Assembly (NCBI GenBank): GCA_902629855.1
Contig: CACOSI010000003.1
Location: 6,966 to 70,965, forward strand
Origin: an uncultured Fidelibacterota bacterium
Lineage (GTDB): Bacteria; Fidelibacterota; Marinisomatia; Marinisomatales; Marinisomataceae
Reading direction: 5' to 3'
DNA: 64,000 nucleotides
Position 1 is the first letter of the stretch. The number at the start of each line of letters is the position of its first letter. Under the pieces are notes generated by a model. It ran no database searches and was not told the DNA's origin. It worked only from the letters and a program-made list of their open reading frames with translations. Positions 1-8,517 of the stretch are shown here, one piece after another. The translations under genes were made by a program, and so were the position numbers.

Positions 1-1073
1 CCAACAGCAGTAGTTTCCTTAAAACCGTCGAAGTCAAAATTTCCATCATTATCAACAAAACGTTCTAAATTAAGTGCACCAAGATTGCAGCATCCACCAT
101 CAGGTAGAGGTTGCTCGGCACATGGGTTTGTTGAAACGAGCGGGCTGCAGTACTCAGCATTGTGATATTTTGTCATTGTATCCCAAAAAAGAAGACCTGG
201 TTCTGCGCTAGAATGCGCGTGTTCAATGATTTTCATCCATAAATCTTTAGCTTTAACTGTGGTGTATACTTTACCACCCCATTGTAGGTTGAAATCTGTG
301 TCATCTTGTACAGCTTTCATAAATTCGTCTGTTAGCAATACTGAAATGTTTGAGTATTTTACCATATCAACATCACCAGTTTTTATTTCAATAAATTTTT
401 CGATATCTGGATGATCTACTCTCAAGGTTTGCATGTTTGCACCTCTACGTCCGTGCTGTGCTATTGTGTTGGTATTTTCGCTAAATAAATTCATAAAACC
501 AACTGGACCACATGAGTTACCGCCCGTTCCTAAAATTTCATCGCCACCTGGCCTTAGAATTGATAAATCATGGCCGCAACCGCCACCATATTTATATGTC
601 ATTGCTTCTTGAATAACACAATCATAGATGGACTTTATAGAGTCAGTTTTGATGCCTACAACATAGCAATTATTTAGTGTGGTTGTTATGTCTTCTCTGC
701 CTGCACCATGCATGATACGGCCGCCAGGAACAAATTTGAAGTTTTCAAGAGCGTCAAAAAATAAGGCCTCCCATTTCTCTTGTAATTTTTTTGTCTTTTC
801 GACACTAGACAACGCTTTTGCTTGTCTTTTCCATAAATGCCAAGGGTGTTTTTCTCCTGGTGCTAAATATTTCATTTCCAGCACACTTTTTCCAAGATCA
901 TCTTCTTTATAATAATTTTCTACTTTGTATTCTTCGGGACAATCTTCAGCTTTTTCTTTTTTTTCGATGGACTCTTTGATATTGAAACCAAGAATCTGTT
1001 TTTTTGTCTCGGGATCTATTTTTGAACTATTCTCTTTTTCGTTAGGAAAATTTATTTCTATTGCTTCCGCCAT
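1..1073 (-). CDS. nrdJ: Class II (adenosylcobalamin-dependent) ribonucleotide reductase, N-terminal part; gene continues past the left window edge
   Basis: Open on the minus strand from ATG (complement of cat 1071-1073) to the window edge, so it is absent from the ORF track. My translation reads MAEAIEINFP...VLEMKYLAPGEKHPW...FKFVPGGRIMHGAGRE...YGGGCGHDLSILRP...NPCAEQPLPDGGCCNLGALNL, collinear with the class II RNR catalytic core. The + ORFs at 226-1125 are antisense to it. Confidence 0.85.
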   Translation of the reverse strand, partial: MAEAIEINFPNEKENSSKIDPETKKQILGFNIKESIEKKEKAEDCPEEYKVENYYKEDDLGKSVLEMKYLAPGEKHPWHLWKRQAKALSSVEKTKKLQEKWEALFFDALENFKFVPGGRIMHGAGREDITTTLNNCYVVGIKTDSIKSIYDCVIQEAMTYKYGGGCGHDLSILRPGGDEILGTGGNSCGPVGFMNLFSENTNTIAQHGRRGANMQTLRVDHPDIEKFIEIKTGDVDMVKYSNISVLLTDEFMKAVQDDTDFNLQWGGKVYTTVKAKDLWMKIIEHAHSSAEPGLLFWDTMTKYHNAEYCSPLVSTNPCAEQPLPDGGCCNLGALNLERFVDNDGNFDFDGFKETTAV

Positions 1074-1363
1074 AATTCTTATTTCTTACCTCTATATAAC
1101 TATTAATATTTTTGTCCACAGATAAATATCCCTCGGACACACCTCTAAATTAGAGATTATTTTGCAAATACTAGCTTTCGAAAAGCTATTCGGTTGGCTA
1201 TGCAAATTATTTATTTTTTTTTGTTTTAGTCAAGAGTTAAAATGAATTTTTATATTTTTTCTTCTAAAAAAAAGCTAATTTATCAAATAAAATAAATAAT
1301 GTATTGAAGTAATTATTTTTAGTATTAATATTTGGCTCAATAAACACGCTTGACAGAAACACA

Positions 1364-4300
1364 TTGAAACATAACTTTACATTAGAAGACAAATATACAT
1401 TACTCGAGGGAAGGATAGTATTATCCGGAATCCAAGCACTTGTACGTCTACTGTTAGATCAAAACAGAGCTGATCTTTTTAATGGCCTTAATACAGGTAC
1501 ACTTGTATCAGGATATAGAGGTTCACCTGTTGGTGTTTTAGATCTTAACCTTGTTAGAAACAAAAAACTATTAGATCAACATAATGTCAAATTTATACCT
1601 GGTGTTAACGAAGATTTAGGTGCTACACTTGTTTACGGAAGTCAGATGGCTGGCATGGTTTCCAGTGTTAAATATGATGGTGTGTTAGGAATGTGGTATG
1701 GAAAAGCTCCAGGTGTTGATAGAACCGGAGATATTTTTAGGCATGCCAATTTTATGGGCGTAGGAAAAAATGGTGGTGTTCTAGCAATAGCTGGAGATGA
1801 CCCTTCATGCAAGTCTTCTACTTTGCCATCTCAATCTGAACCTGCATTATTTGATGTAATGATGCCAATTTTTTATCCAGGTAATGTTCAAGAAATCTTA
1901 GATCTTGGAAGGTTTGCCTACGAAATGTCAAGGTTCTCAGGTCTTTGGTCAGGTTTTAAAATTGTAACAGATATTGCAGATGGATTTGGAAGTGCAATAG
2001 TTCATCCGGAAAGAGTCCAAATCAACATACCAGATTTTCAATACAATGGAATGCCTTGGAAACATACTCAAAATGCAAAGCTTGTTGGTCATCATAGTTT
2101 ACCAACTGAAAAAGAAATTCATCTTGGAAGAATTGAAGCAGCTAAACTCTTTTTAGCAGCGAATAAAGTTAATAAAATTACTGTTTCGTCAGACAATGAT
2201 AAGTTTGGAATCATAACCTCTGGTAAAACATATTACGACGTAGTTGAAGCATTTAATTCACTAGGATGGCATGATGATTTCTTGAATGAAAATGGCATAA
2301 GAATTTTGAAATTGGGTGCAACATTCCCAGTTGATAGTAATGCTATTGAAAAATTTTCTGAAGGTCTTGATGAGATTTTTGTTGTTGAAGAAAAAAGATC
2401 ATTTATCGAAATGCTTGTTAAAGAAGAGATTTATAATAAGCCAAATAGACCCATAATAATTGGTAAAAAAGATGAACTCAATATGCCTCTAATACCTGGT
2501 TACGGAGAATTGACTGCTGATGACTTGGCAAAGATATTTTTTAAGAGATATGCAGAAAAACTTGGCTTAGAAAATCCAAATAAAAAAATTGAAATAATCA
2601 AAGAAGTCGATAACAGGATTTATGGACAATCTTTAAAAACCCGATCTATGTATTTTTGTTCTGGTTGTCCTCACAATACCTCAACTGTAAAACTTCCAGA
2701 AGGGGATAAGGCTTTTGGTGGTATTGGTTGTCATTTAATGGCAATGTTTGTTGATGATGGTAAGGCTTTTGGAACAACACATATGGGTGGTGAAGGAGCT
2801 CAGTGGTCTGGAATGGAGCCGTTTATTGAAAAAGAGCATATGTTTCAAAATATTGGTGATGGTACATTTTTTCACTCTGGTTCTTTGGCGTTAAGACAGA
2901 CTGTAGCCGCTAATTCACATATCACCTATAAAATTTTATATAATAGAGCTGTTGCAATGACTGGAGCTCAAAATCCAGATGGTGGACTAGATTTACCTGA
3001 ATTAACCAAGTGGTTAAAGTCAGAAGGTGTCAAAAAAGTTATTATAACTACTGAAGATCCAAGTGCATACGATTCAATTGAAAAGTCAAGATGGGACAAA
3101 GATATTACCATTATGCACAGAGACAAAATTGTCGAAGCTCAAAATACTTTAAAAGCTGTAAAAGGTGTCACTGTTTTAATTCACGATCAGTCTTGTGCAG
3201 CGAACTTGAGAAGGCTTAGAAAAAGGGGTCTTGTTCATGAGCCTAAAAAAAGAATTTTTATCAATGAGGCAGTTTGCGAAGGTTGTGGTGATTGTGGTGT
3301 AAAATCTAATTGTTTAAGTGTACAGCCAATCAAAACTGAATATGGCCGTAAAACACAAATTGATCAACCTTCATGTAATAAAGACTATTCTTGTGTTGAA
3401 GGAAATTGCCCTTCTTTCATTCAGGTAATACCATCAGAAAAAAATGATAAAAGAATTTTACCAAAAATCAATTTTGATCCTTCAATGATTCCAAATCCAA
3501 AGAAATTACAAAAAGAGGTTGCCAATATATTTATGTTGGGTATTGGTGGAACTGGAGTTGTAACAGTTAATCAAATAATATCAACAGCTGCTTTTATTGA
3601 AAATAAAAAAGTTATTGCTTTAGATCAAACCGGTTTAAGTCAAAAAGGTGGATCTGTAGTTTCACATTTAAAAATTATTGATAGCAATCAAGAATATTCT
3701 AGTCGAGTTGCTAATGGTGAAGCAGATGCATACCTTGTATTTGATTTGCTCACAGGTGTTAATCAAAAAAATATGTCAAAGCTGAATGATAAGACATCTA
3801 TTTCTGTTATTTCAGCATCTGAAATACCAACTGGAGATATGGTCAGAAATACTGCAGAAGAATATCCTGAAGCATCATTTATGGTTGACTTAATTAGAGA
3901 ATATTCTAAGGATAGTACATTGCTTAATGCTACAGAATTATCTGAACATTTTTTTGGTAGTAATATGCAAGCTAATTTTATTGTCATTGGAGCTGCTTTT
4001 CAATCGGGATGTATGCCAATATCAGCTGAGGCTATCGAAGAAGCAATTAAAATTAATGGTGTTGCTGTTGTACAAAATACAACCGCATTTAATATTGGTA
4101 GAAAAGTTGTTTCTGATCCACATTGGATTGATACCATCGATTTATATCGTTCTGGAAATTTAGAAGTAAGACCAAATGTAACACCAGAAGCAAAACAATT
4201 AATTGAATCACTAGAACCAGACTCAGAATTAAGAAAAATTTTGGAATATAGAATACCTGAATTAATTGATTATCAAAACTTCAATTATGCAAAAGAGTAT

Positions 4301-4870
4301 TTTGATTTTGTATCTCAGGTTTTTTCAAGAGAAAAAGAAGTTAGGATGTCGTCAGAGCTTTCACAAAATGTAGCAAAATACTTATTTAAGCTTATGGCAA
4401 CTAAAGATGAATATGAAGTTGCAAGATTATCTTTAAAAGCAGAACTAGATACAGCTATTGAGTTGGAGTTTGGAAGATCTGCTAAGTTTAATTATATGCT
4501 TCATCCTCCTTTTCTTAAAGCGCTTGAAAACATTCCAATAATTAACAAATTACCTGGCGTTAAATCCAAACTTTCTTTGGGTCCATGGTTTAAAATTTTC
4601 TATGTCATGCTTAAAAATATGAAATTTATTAGAGGTACTTATTTTGATTTTATGGCTATTTTTAGCAGGGATGTCAGAGTTGCTGATAGAAAAGCTTTGA
4701 AACATTACAAGGAAACAATTTTAAATAATCTAGATAGCATCAATAATGGTGAATATGAAAAATTAATCAAATTTTCAAAATTACCTGATTTAATTCGAGG
4801 TTATGAAGAAGTAAGATTGGGAACAATGGAAACATACTACAATAAAGCTAATGACTTATTTAAGTCATAA
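1364..4870 (+). CDS. Indolepyruvate:ferredoxin oxidoreductase family protein (fused IorA/IorB-type 2-oxoacid:ferredoxin oxidoreductase)
   Basis: 1168-aa ORF with a TTG start. N-terminus TLEDKYTLLEGRIVLSGIQALVRLLLDQ and SGYRGSPVG are typical of the fused IOR family. TPP-binding-type GDGTFFHSG. Ferredoxin-like cysteine cluster CEGCGDCGVKSNC ... CNKDYSCVEGNCPSF. Confidence 0.88.
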   Translation: MKHNFTLEDKYTLLEGRIVLSGIQALVRLLLDQNRADLFNGLNTGTLVSGYRGSPVGVLDLNLVRNKKLLDQHNVKFIPGVNEDLGATLVYGSQMAGMVSSVKYDGVLGMWYGKAPGVDRTGDIFRHANFMGVGKNGGVLAIAGDDPSCKSSTLPSQSEPALFDVMMPIFYPGNVQEILDLGRFAYEMSRFSGLWSGFKIVTDIADGFGSAIVHPERVQINIPDFQYNGMPWKHTQNAKLVGHHSLPTEKEIHLGRIEAAKLFLAANKVNKITVSSDNDKFGIITSGKTYYDVVEAFNSLGWHDDFLNENGIRILKLGATFPVDSNAIEKFSEGLDEIFVVEEKRSFIEMLVKEEIYNKPNRPIIIGKKDELNMPLIPGYGELTADDLAKIFFKRYAEKLGLENPNKKIEIIKEVDNRIYGQSLKTRSMYFCSGCPHNTSTVKLPEGDKAFGGIGCHLMAMFVDDGKAFGTTHMGGEGAQWSGMEPFIEKEHMFQNIGDGTFFHSGSLALRQTVAANSHITYKILYNRAVAMTGAQNPDGGLDLPELTKWLKSEGVKKVIITTEDPSAYDSIEKSRWDKDITIMHRDKIVEAQNTLKAVKGVTVLIHDQSCAANLRRLRKRGLVHEPKKRIFINEAVCEGCGDCGVKSNCLSVQPIKTEYGRKTQIDQPSCNKDYSCVEGNCPSFIQVIPSEKNDKRILPKINFDPSMIPNPKKLQKEVANIFMLGIGGTGVVTVNQIISTAAFIENKKVIALDQTGLSQKGGSVVSHLKIIDSNQEYSSRVANGEADAYLVFDLLTGVNQKNMSKLNDKTSISVISASEIPTGDMVRNTAEEYPEASFMVDLIREYSKDSTLLNATELSEHFFGSNMQANFIVIGAAFQSGCMPISAEAIEEAIKINGVAVVQNTTAFNIGRKVVSDPHWIDTIDLYRSGNLEVRPNVTPEAKQLIESLEPDSELRKILEYRIPELIDYQNFNYAKEYFDFVSQVFSREKEVRMSSELSQNVAKYLFKLMATKDEYEVARLSLKAELDTAIELEFGRSAKFNYMLHPPFLKALENIPIINKLPGVKSKLSLGPWFKIFYVMLKNMKFIRGTYFDFMAIFSRDVRVADRKALKHYKETILNNLDSINNGEYEKLIKFSKLPDLIRGYEEVRLGTMETYYNKANDLFKS

Positions 4871-4935
4871 ATCTATTCCTATTTACTTCTATTCAAACTA
4901 TATTTATTAAAATTTTAATTTAAATTGGAATAGTT

Positions 4936-7467
4936 ATGCACAAAAAAATATATTTATTAGTTTTCTTCTTCGGATTTATCTTTGCTCAGCACACCCATGA
5001 TCATGATGATTACATCAGATGTGCAGCAGATGAGCTTGAACAAGAGTTGCAACTTACAAACCCTGAATTTATAGCTAAAAGAGATGCCGAAATCTTAAAA
5101 GCACAAGAGCTGATCAAAGAAAATCCTCAATGGAGAATTGATAATCGTTCTCAAAATACAATATACATTCCAGTTATTTTTCACGTTTTATATGCTACAT
5201 CATCTGGAAATTTATCCGCTTCGCAAATTGGAGCTAATTTTGACCAAATAAATTTAGATTTTTCAAATACCAATCCCGATGGAGATGAGATACCATCAGC
5301 ACCAAACCCATCTAATGCACCAAATGATCCAGGAATAGATTATAGTCATCAAAGTGTTAGAGGAACTCATAACGTTCAGTTTGTTGGTGCTCAAGGAGAA
5401 TTAACAGGAAATACTCTTGTTGAAGGTGTTACAATCCGAAGATACCAAATTAGTCAATCAACTGTAAGTGGTGTTGGTGAAGCTAGTAATCTTGCAAGCT
5501 CAACACCAACTGATAGTGGTGCAGCTGGAGGATATCAAGATGGCTATTTAAATATTTACATTGCACCACTGACTGGTGGTTTATTAGGACAAGCCTATTT
5601 AGGTTTTCCTGAATCTGTTGTTTTAACTGGATCTGTTGGCTCAGTACAAAGCCCTGGAACAGCAGGTAACTATAGTAGAGGAAGAACTCTAACTCATGAA
5701 TTAGGACATAATTTTACTTTCAACCATACTTTCAATTCTGGTAATTGTGGTCAATCATTATGGAATGATATTCCTGCTCAAACTCAAAATAATAGAACAG
5801 CTAACATTTATGAGTGGCCTGCAGGAAGTGGAAATTTTTATGGCAGAGGTGGTGTAAATAGTTGTATTGGTACCACTGGAAAAGGTGATCAGTTTATGAA
5901 TTATATGGATTATGTTTATGATAATCAAATGAGAATGTTTTCGGAGCAACAAGCTCTTGATGGTTATGCTTGGGCAGCATCAAGAAACTGGGCTGAAGTA
6001 GTAAATGGAGTAAGTACAGTTGTTTCATCTCCTACTACTTATGCGACATCGGATAATGGATTTACTGTAAACTTGTCGTTTAGTGAAGTAGTAACTGGTT
6101 TCACTCAAGATGATATTATCTTAACAAATGCAACAGTATCAAGCTTTAATGGTGGAGATGGAAAATCCTATAATTTTGATGTTGAAGCAATTGATGATGG
6201 AAATGTTACAGTACAAATTGCTCAAAATTGTTGTATAGGTACTGTTAGTGGCTATGATAATTTTGCATCTAATGAATTATCTGTATTAGTTGATAGAACA
6301 AAACCTATTACTGGAACAGTTACTATTGGAAATATCAGAGATTCCCAGTACATAACTAAATCTCCAAACGTTAATCTTGTATTAAGCGATTTTTCAGACG
6401 AAACTAGCGGATTGTCACTCTATTTTGTATCAGTTGGACAATCACCTGGTGGAGATCAAATTTTACCTTATCAACCATATCAAAGTGAATATATTGGATT
6501 ATCAAACTTAAGTCTTAATAATTATCAGCAATATTTTGTAAATGTATATGCACAAGACCTAGTTGGTTTAAATTCTAATGTTGTTTCTATACCATTTTAC
6601 TATTTTGGTTCCTTGATCGGTGATTCAAATAATGATTGGATTATTGATTTTCAAGATTATGTAGCATTTATGGCCGATTTTCCAGGAATTGATATAGCTC
6701 CAGTAACTGGTAGTGCTCCTTACTTCTTTCCAAACTTTGATGGAATATCTGATGCACAAGATATAGCTATGTTTGAATCAATGTGGAACTGGTCATTAGT
6801 AGAAAATGGTAGAACAGAGCCAAATTATACACAAATTGGTCAAACACCATACTTAAGAATAATGAATAAAGAGATGATGATAAGATTCCCAGCTGGAACT
6901 ACAACATCTCAGATATATTTTGAATATGATCCAGATGGCTATAATATTGACTATAAGTCAAGCAACTTGTTTACTAGCTCTATATTAAATGCAAATGATC
7001 CAGATAAAGGAATTATTCAAATTGAAGTTGCTGATTATAATTCAGAAAGTTCGAATGGTATTTCACTAACATTTGACTTTGAAAATAATACAAATTCCTA
7101 CGAGTTTATGAGAGTGAGTTATGCGGCATATAGCAAAGAGAATGTTGCAATTGCAGAGGGTTACAACCTTATTCAAACTGCACCTTCAACTTATAGGCTA
7201 GCGCAAAGTTATCCTAATCCATTTTCATCAGGTGGAACAACAATAGAGTTTGATATGCCTCAATCTGATAGAATTACTATGGTTATTCTTGATATAAGAG
7301 GTAGAGTGGTAAGAACTTTAATAAATAATGAAGCGCGATTTGGATATCAATCAATTACTTGGGATGCTAAAAATGATGACGGAGATGAAGTAAGTAGTGG
7401 AGTATATTTCTATCAAGTCAAATCAGGTAATTTTAATGATGTCGGTAAATTAGTATTTATTAAGTAG
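4936..7467 (+). CDS. Secreted multidomain zinc metalloprotease (M43/pappalysin-like metzincin) with Ig-like region, dockerin-like Ca loops and T9SS C-terminal sorting domain
   Basis: Signal peptide MHKKIYLLVFFFGFIFA. Zinc site HELGHNFTFNH (nt 5695-5727) followed by FMNYMDY. Paired loops GDSNNDWIIDFQD / NFDGISDAQD (nt ~6613-6780). C-terminal YPNPFSSGGTTIEF...SGVYFYQVKSG (nt ~7213-7464) matches the type-A Por secretion tail. Confidence 0.8.
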   Translation: MHKKIYLLVFFFGFIFAQHTHDHDDYIRCAADELEQELQLTNPEFIAKRDAEILKAQELIKENPQWRIDNRSQNTIYIPVIFHVLYATSSGNLSASQIGANFDQINLDFSNTNPDGDEIPSAPNPSNAPNDPGIDYSHQSVRGTHNVQFVGAQGELTGNTLVEGVTIRRYQISQSTVSGVGEASNLASSTPTDSGAAGGYQDGYLNIYIAPLTGGLLGQAYLGFPESVVLTGSVGSVQSPGTAGNYSRGRTLTHELGHNFTFNHTFNSGNCGQSLWNDIPAQTQNNRTANIYEWPAGSGNFYGRGGVNSCIGTTGKGDQFMNYMDYVYDNQMRMFSEQQALDGYAWAASRNWAEVVNGVSTVVSSPTTYATSDNGFTVNLSFSEVVTGFTQDDIILTNATVSSFNGGDGKSYNFDVEAIDDGNVTVQIAQNCCIGTVSGYDNFASNELSVLVDRTKPITGTVTIGNIRDSQYITKSPNVNLVLSDFSDETSGLSLYFVSVGQSPGGDQILPYQPYQSEYIGLSNLSLNNYQQYFVNVYAQDLVGLNSNVVSIPFYYFGSLIGDSNNDWIIDFQDYVAFMADFPGIDIAPVTGSAPYFFPNFDGISDAQDIAMFESMWNWSLVENGRTEPNYTQIGQTPYLRIMNKEMMIRFPAGTTTSQIYFEYDPDGYNIDYKSSNLFTSSILNANDPDKGIIQIEVADYNSESSNGISLTFDFENNTNSYEFMRVSYAAYSKENVAIAEGYNLIQTAPSTYRLAQSYPNPFSSGGTTIEFDMPQSDRITMVILDIRGRVVRTLINNEARFGYQSITWDAKNDDGDEVSSGVYFYQVKSGNFNDVGKLVFIK

Positions 7468-7471
7468 TATT

Positions 7472-8437
7472 ATGCTTAGTAAAAGACCTACTTTAGATGA
7501 TATTAAAAATGCGCGCATTTTAACAGAAAGCCTAGTTAGAAAAACTCCTGTTTTAACTTCAAACTACTTCAACGATCTTTTAGGTATAGAGTTATTTTTC
7601 AAATGTGAAAATTTTCAAAAAACCGGTTCATTTAAAATTAGAGGTGCATCAAACGCTATTTTTTCTTTAAATGAATCCGAATCAAAGCAAGGCGTAGCTT
7701 GCCAATCTTCTGGAAATCATGGCGGAGCCATAGCATGTGCTGCTCATTTGAAAGGTATTCATGCAGATATAGTAATGGCCAAAAGCGTATCAAAAGCTAA
7801 GATACATAATGTTAAAACTTATAACGGTAATATGATTTTTTGTGATACTATGGCTGAAAGAGATGAATTATTTTTAAAAACTGTGGAAGATAACAATAGA
7901 ATTTCAATTCATCCTTATGATAATTATTCAGTTATGGCTGGACAGGGAACAATCGCTTTAGAAATTGTTGAGCAGGTTCCAAGCTTTGATTCAGTCGTTG
8001 TTCCAATTGGAGGTGGAGGATTAATTAGTGGAATTTCCATTGGATTAAAAGGTTTAAACCATTCAGCCAAAATTATAGGTTGCGAACCAGAAAGCGTTGA
8101 TGATACTTATCAGATGTATAAGGCTAATGAACGTATAGAGATGGCTCACAGAGAGTCAGTTGCTGACGGACTCATGGCTATTGTTGGTCATTTGACTCTA
8201 CCAATAATTCAAGAAAACGTCGATGATATTGTACTAGCCTCGGAACAGGAAATTATTGATACGACTAAACTAATTTGGGAAAGAATGAAAATTGTCATTG
8301 AGCCATCTTGCGCTTTAGCCTTAGCTGCAGTTATTAAAAATAAAGAAAAGTTTCAGGGGCAAAAAGTTGTACTTGTTATTACTGGTGGTAATATAGATCT
8401 TGTCGATCTTCCTTGGTCTAAAGTCGGTAAAGATTGA
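7472..8437 (+). CDS. PLP-dependent serine/threonine dehydratase family protein (catabolic type / serine racemase-like, no ACT domain)
   Basis: PLP-lysine motif FKCENFQKTGSFKIRGA and glycine loop PIGGGGLISG. Length 321 aa. Confidence 0.85.
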   Translation: MLSKRPTLDDIKNARILTESLVRKTPVLTSNYFNDLLGIELFFKCENFQKTGSFKIRGASNAIFSLNESESKQGVACQSSGNHGGAIACAAHLKGIHADIVMAKSVSKAKIHNVKTYNGNMIFCDTMAERDELFLKTVEDNNRISIHPYDNYSVMAGQGTIALEIVEQVPSFDSVVVPIGGGGLISGISIGLKGLNHSAKIIGCEPESVDDTYQMYKANERIEMAHRESVADGLMAIVGHLTLPIIQENVDDIVLASEQEIIDTTKLIWERMKIVIEPSCALALAAVIKNKEKFQGQKVVLVITGGNIDLVDLPWSKVGKD

Positions 8438-8464
8438 TATCTTTAATACCTTGTATTTGGAAAT

Positions 8465-8494
8465 AAAAAAGCCCTCAAAATTGAGGGCTTTTTT
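8465..8494. terminator. Bidirectional intrinsic terminator shared by the convergent dehydratase and TonB-receptor genes
   Basis: AAAAAA-GCCCTC-aaaatt-GAGGGC-TTTTTT. A GC-rich 6-8 bp stem flanked by an A-run and a T-run, lying between two convergent stops. Confidence 0.85.
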
Positions 8495-8517
8495 ATTACT
8501 TAATAAACTAAGTTTCT

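Noticed and set aside
226-1125. Three + strand ORFs from the track (226-414, 679-912, 925-1125)
   Set aside because: All lie antisense to a much better supported, continuous minus-strand nrdJ reading frame. Their translations are low-complexity with no recognisable motifs.
1074-1363. Cobalamin riboswitch upstream of the B12-dependent RNR
   Set aside because: The region is almost pure A/T and lacks any B12-box-like GCC-rich core or a plausible multi-stem structure.
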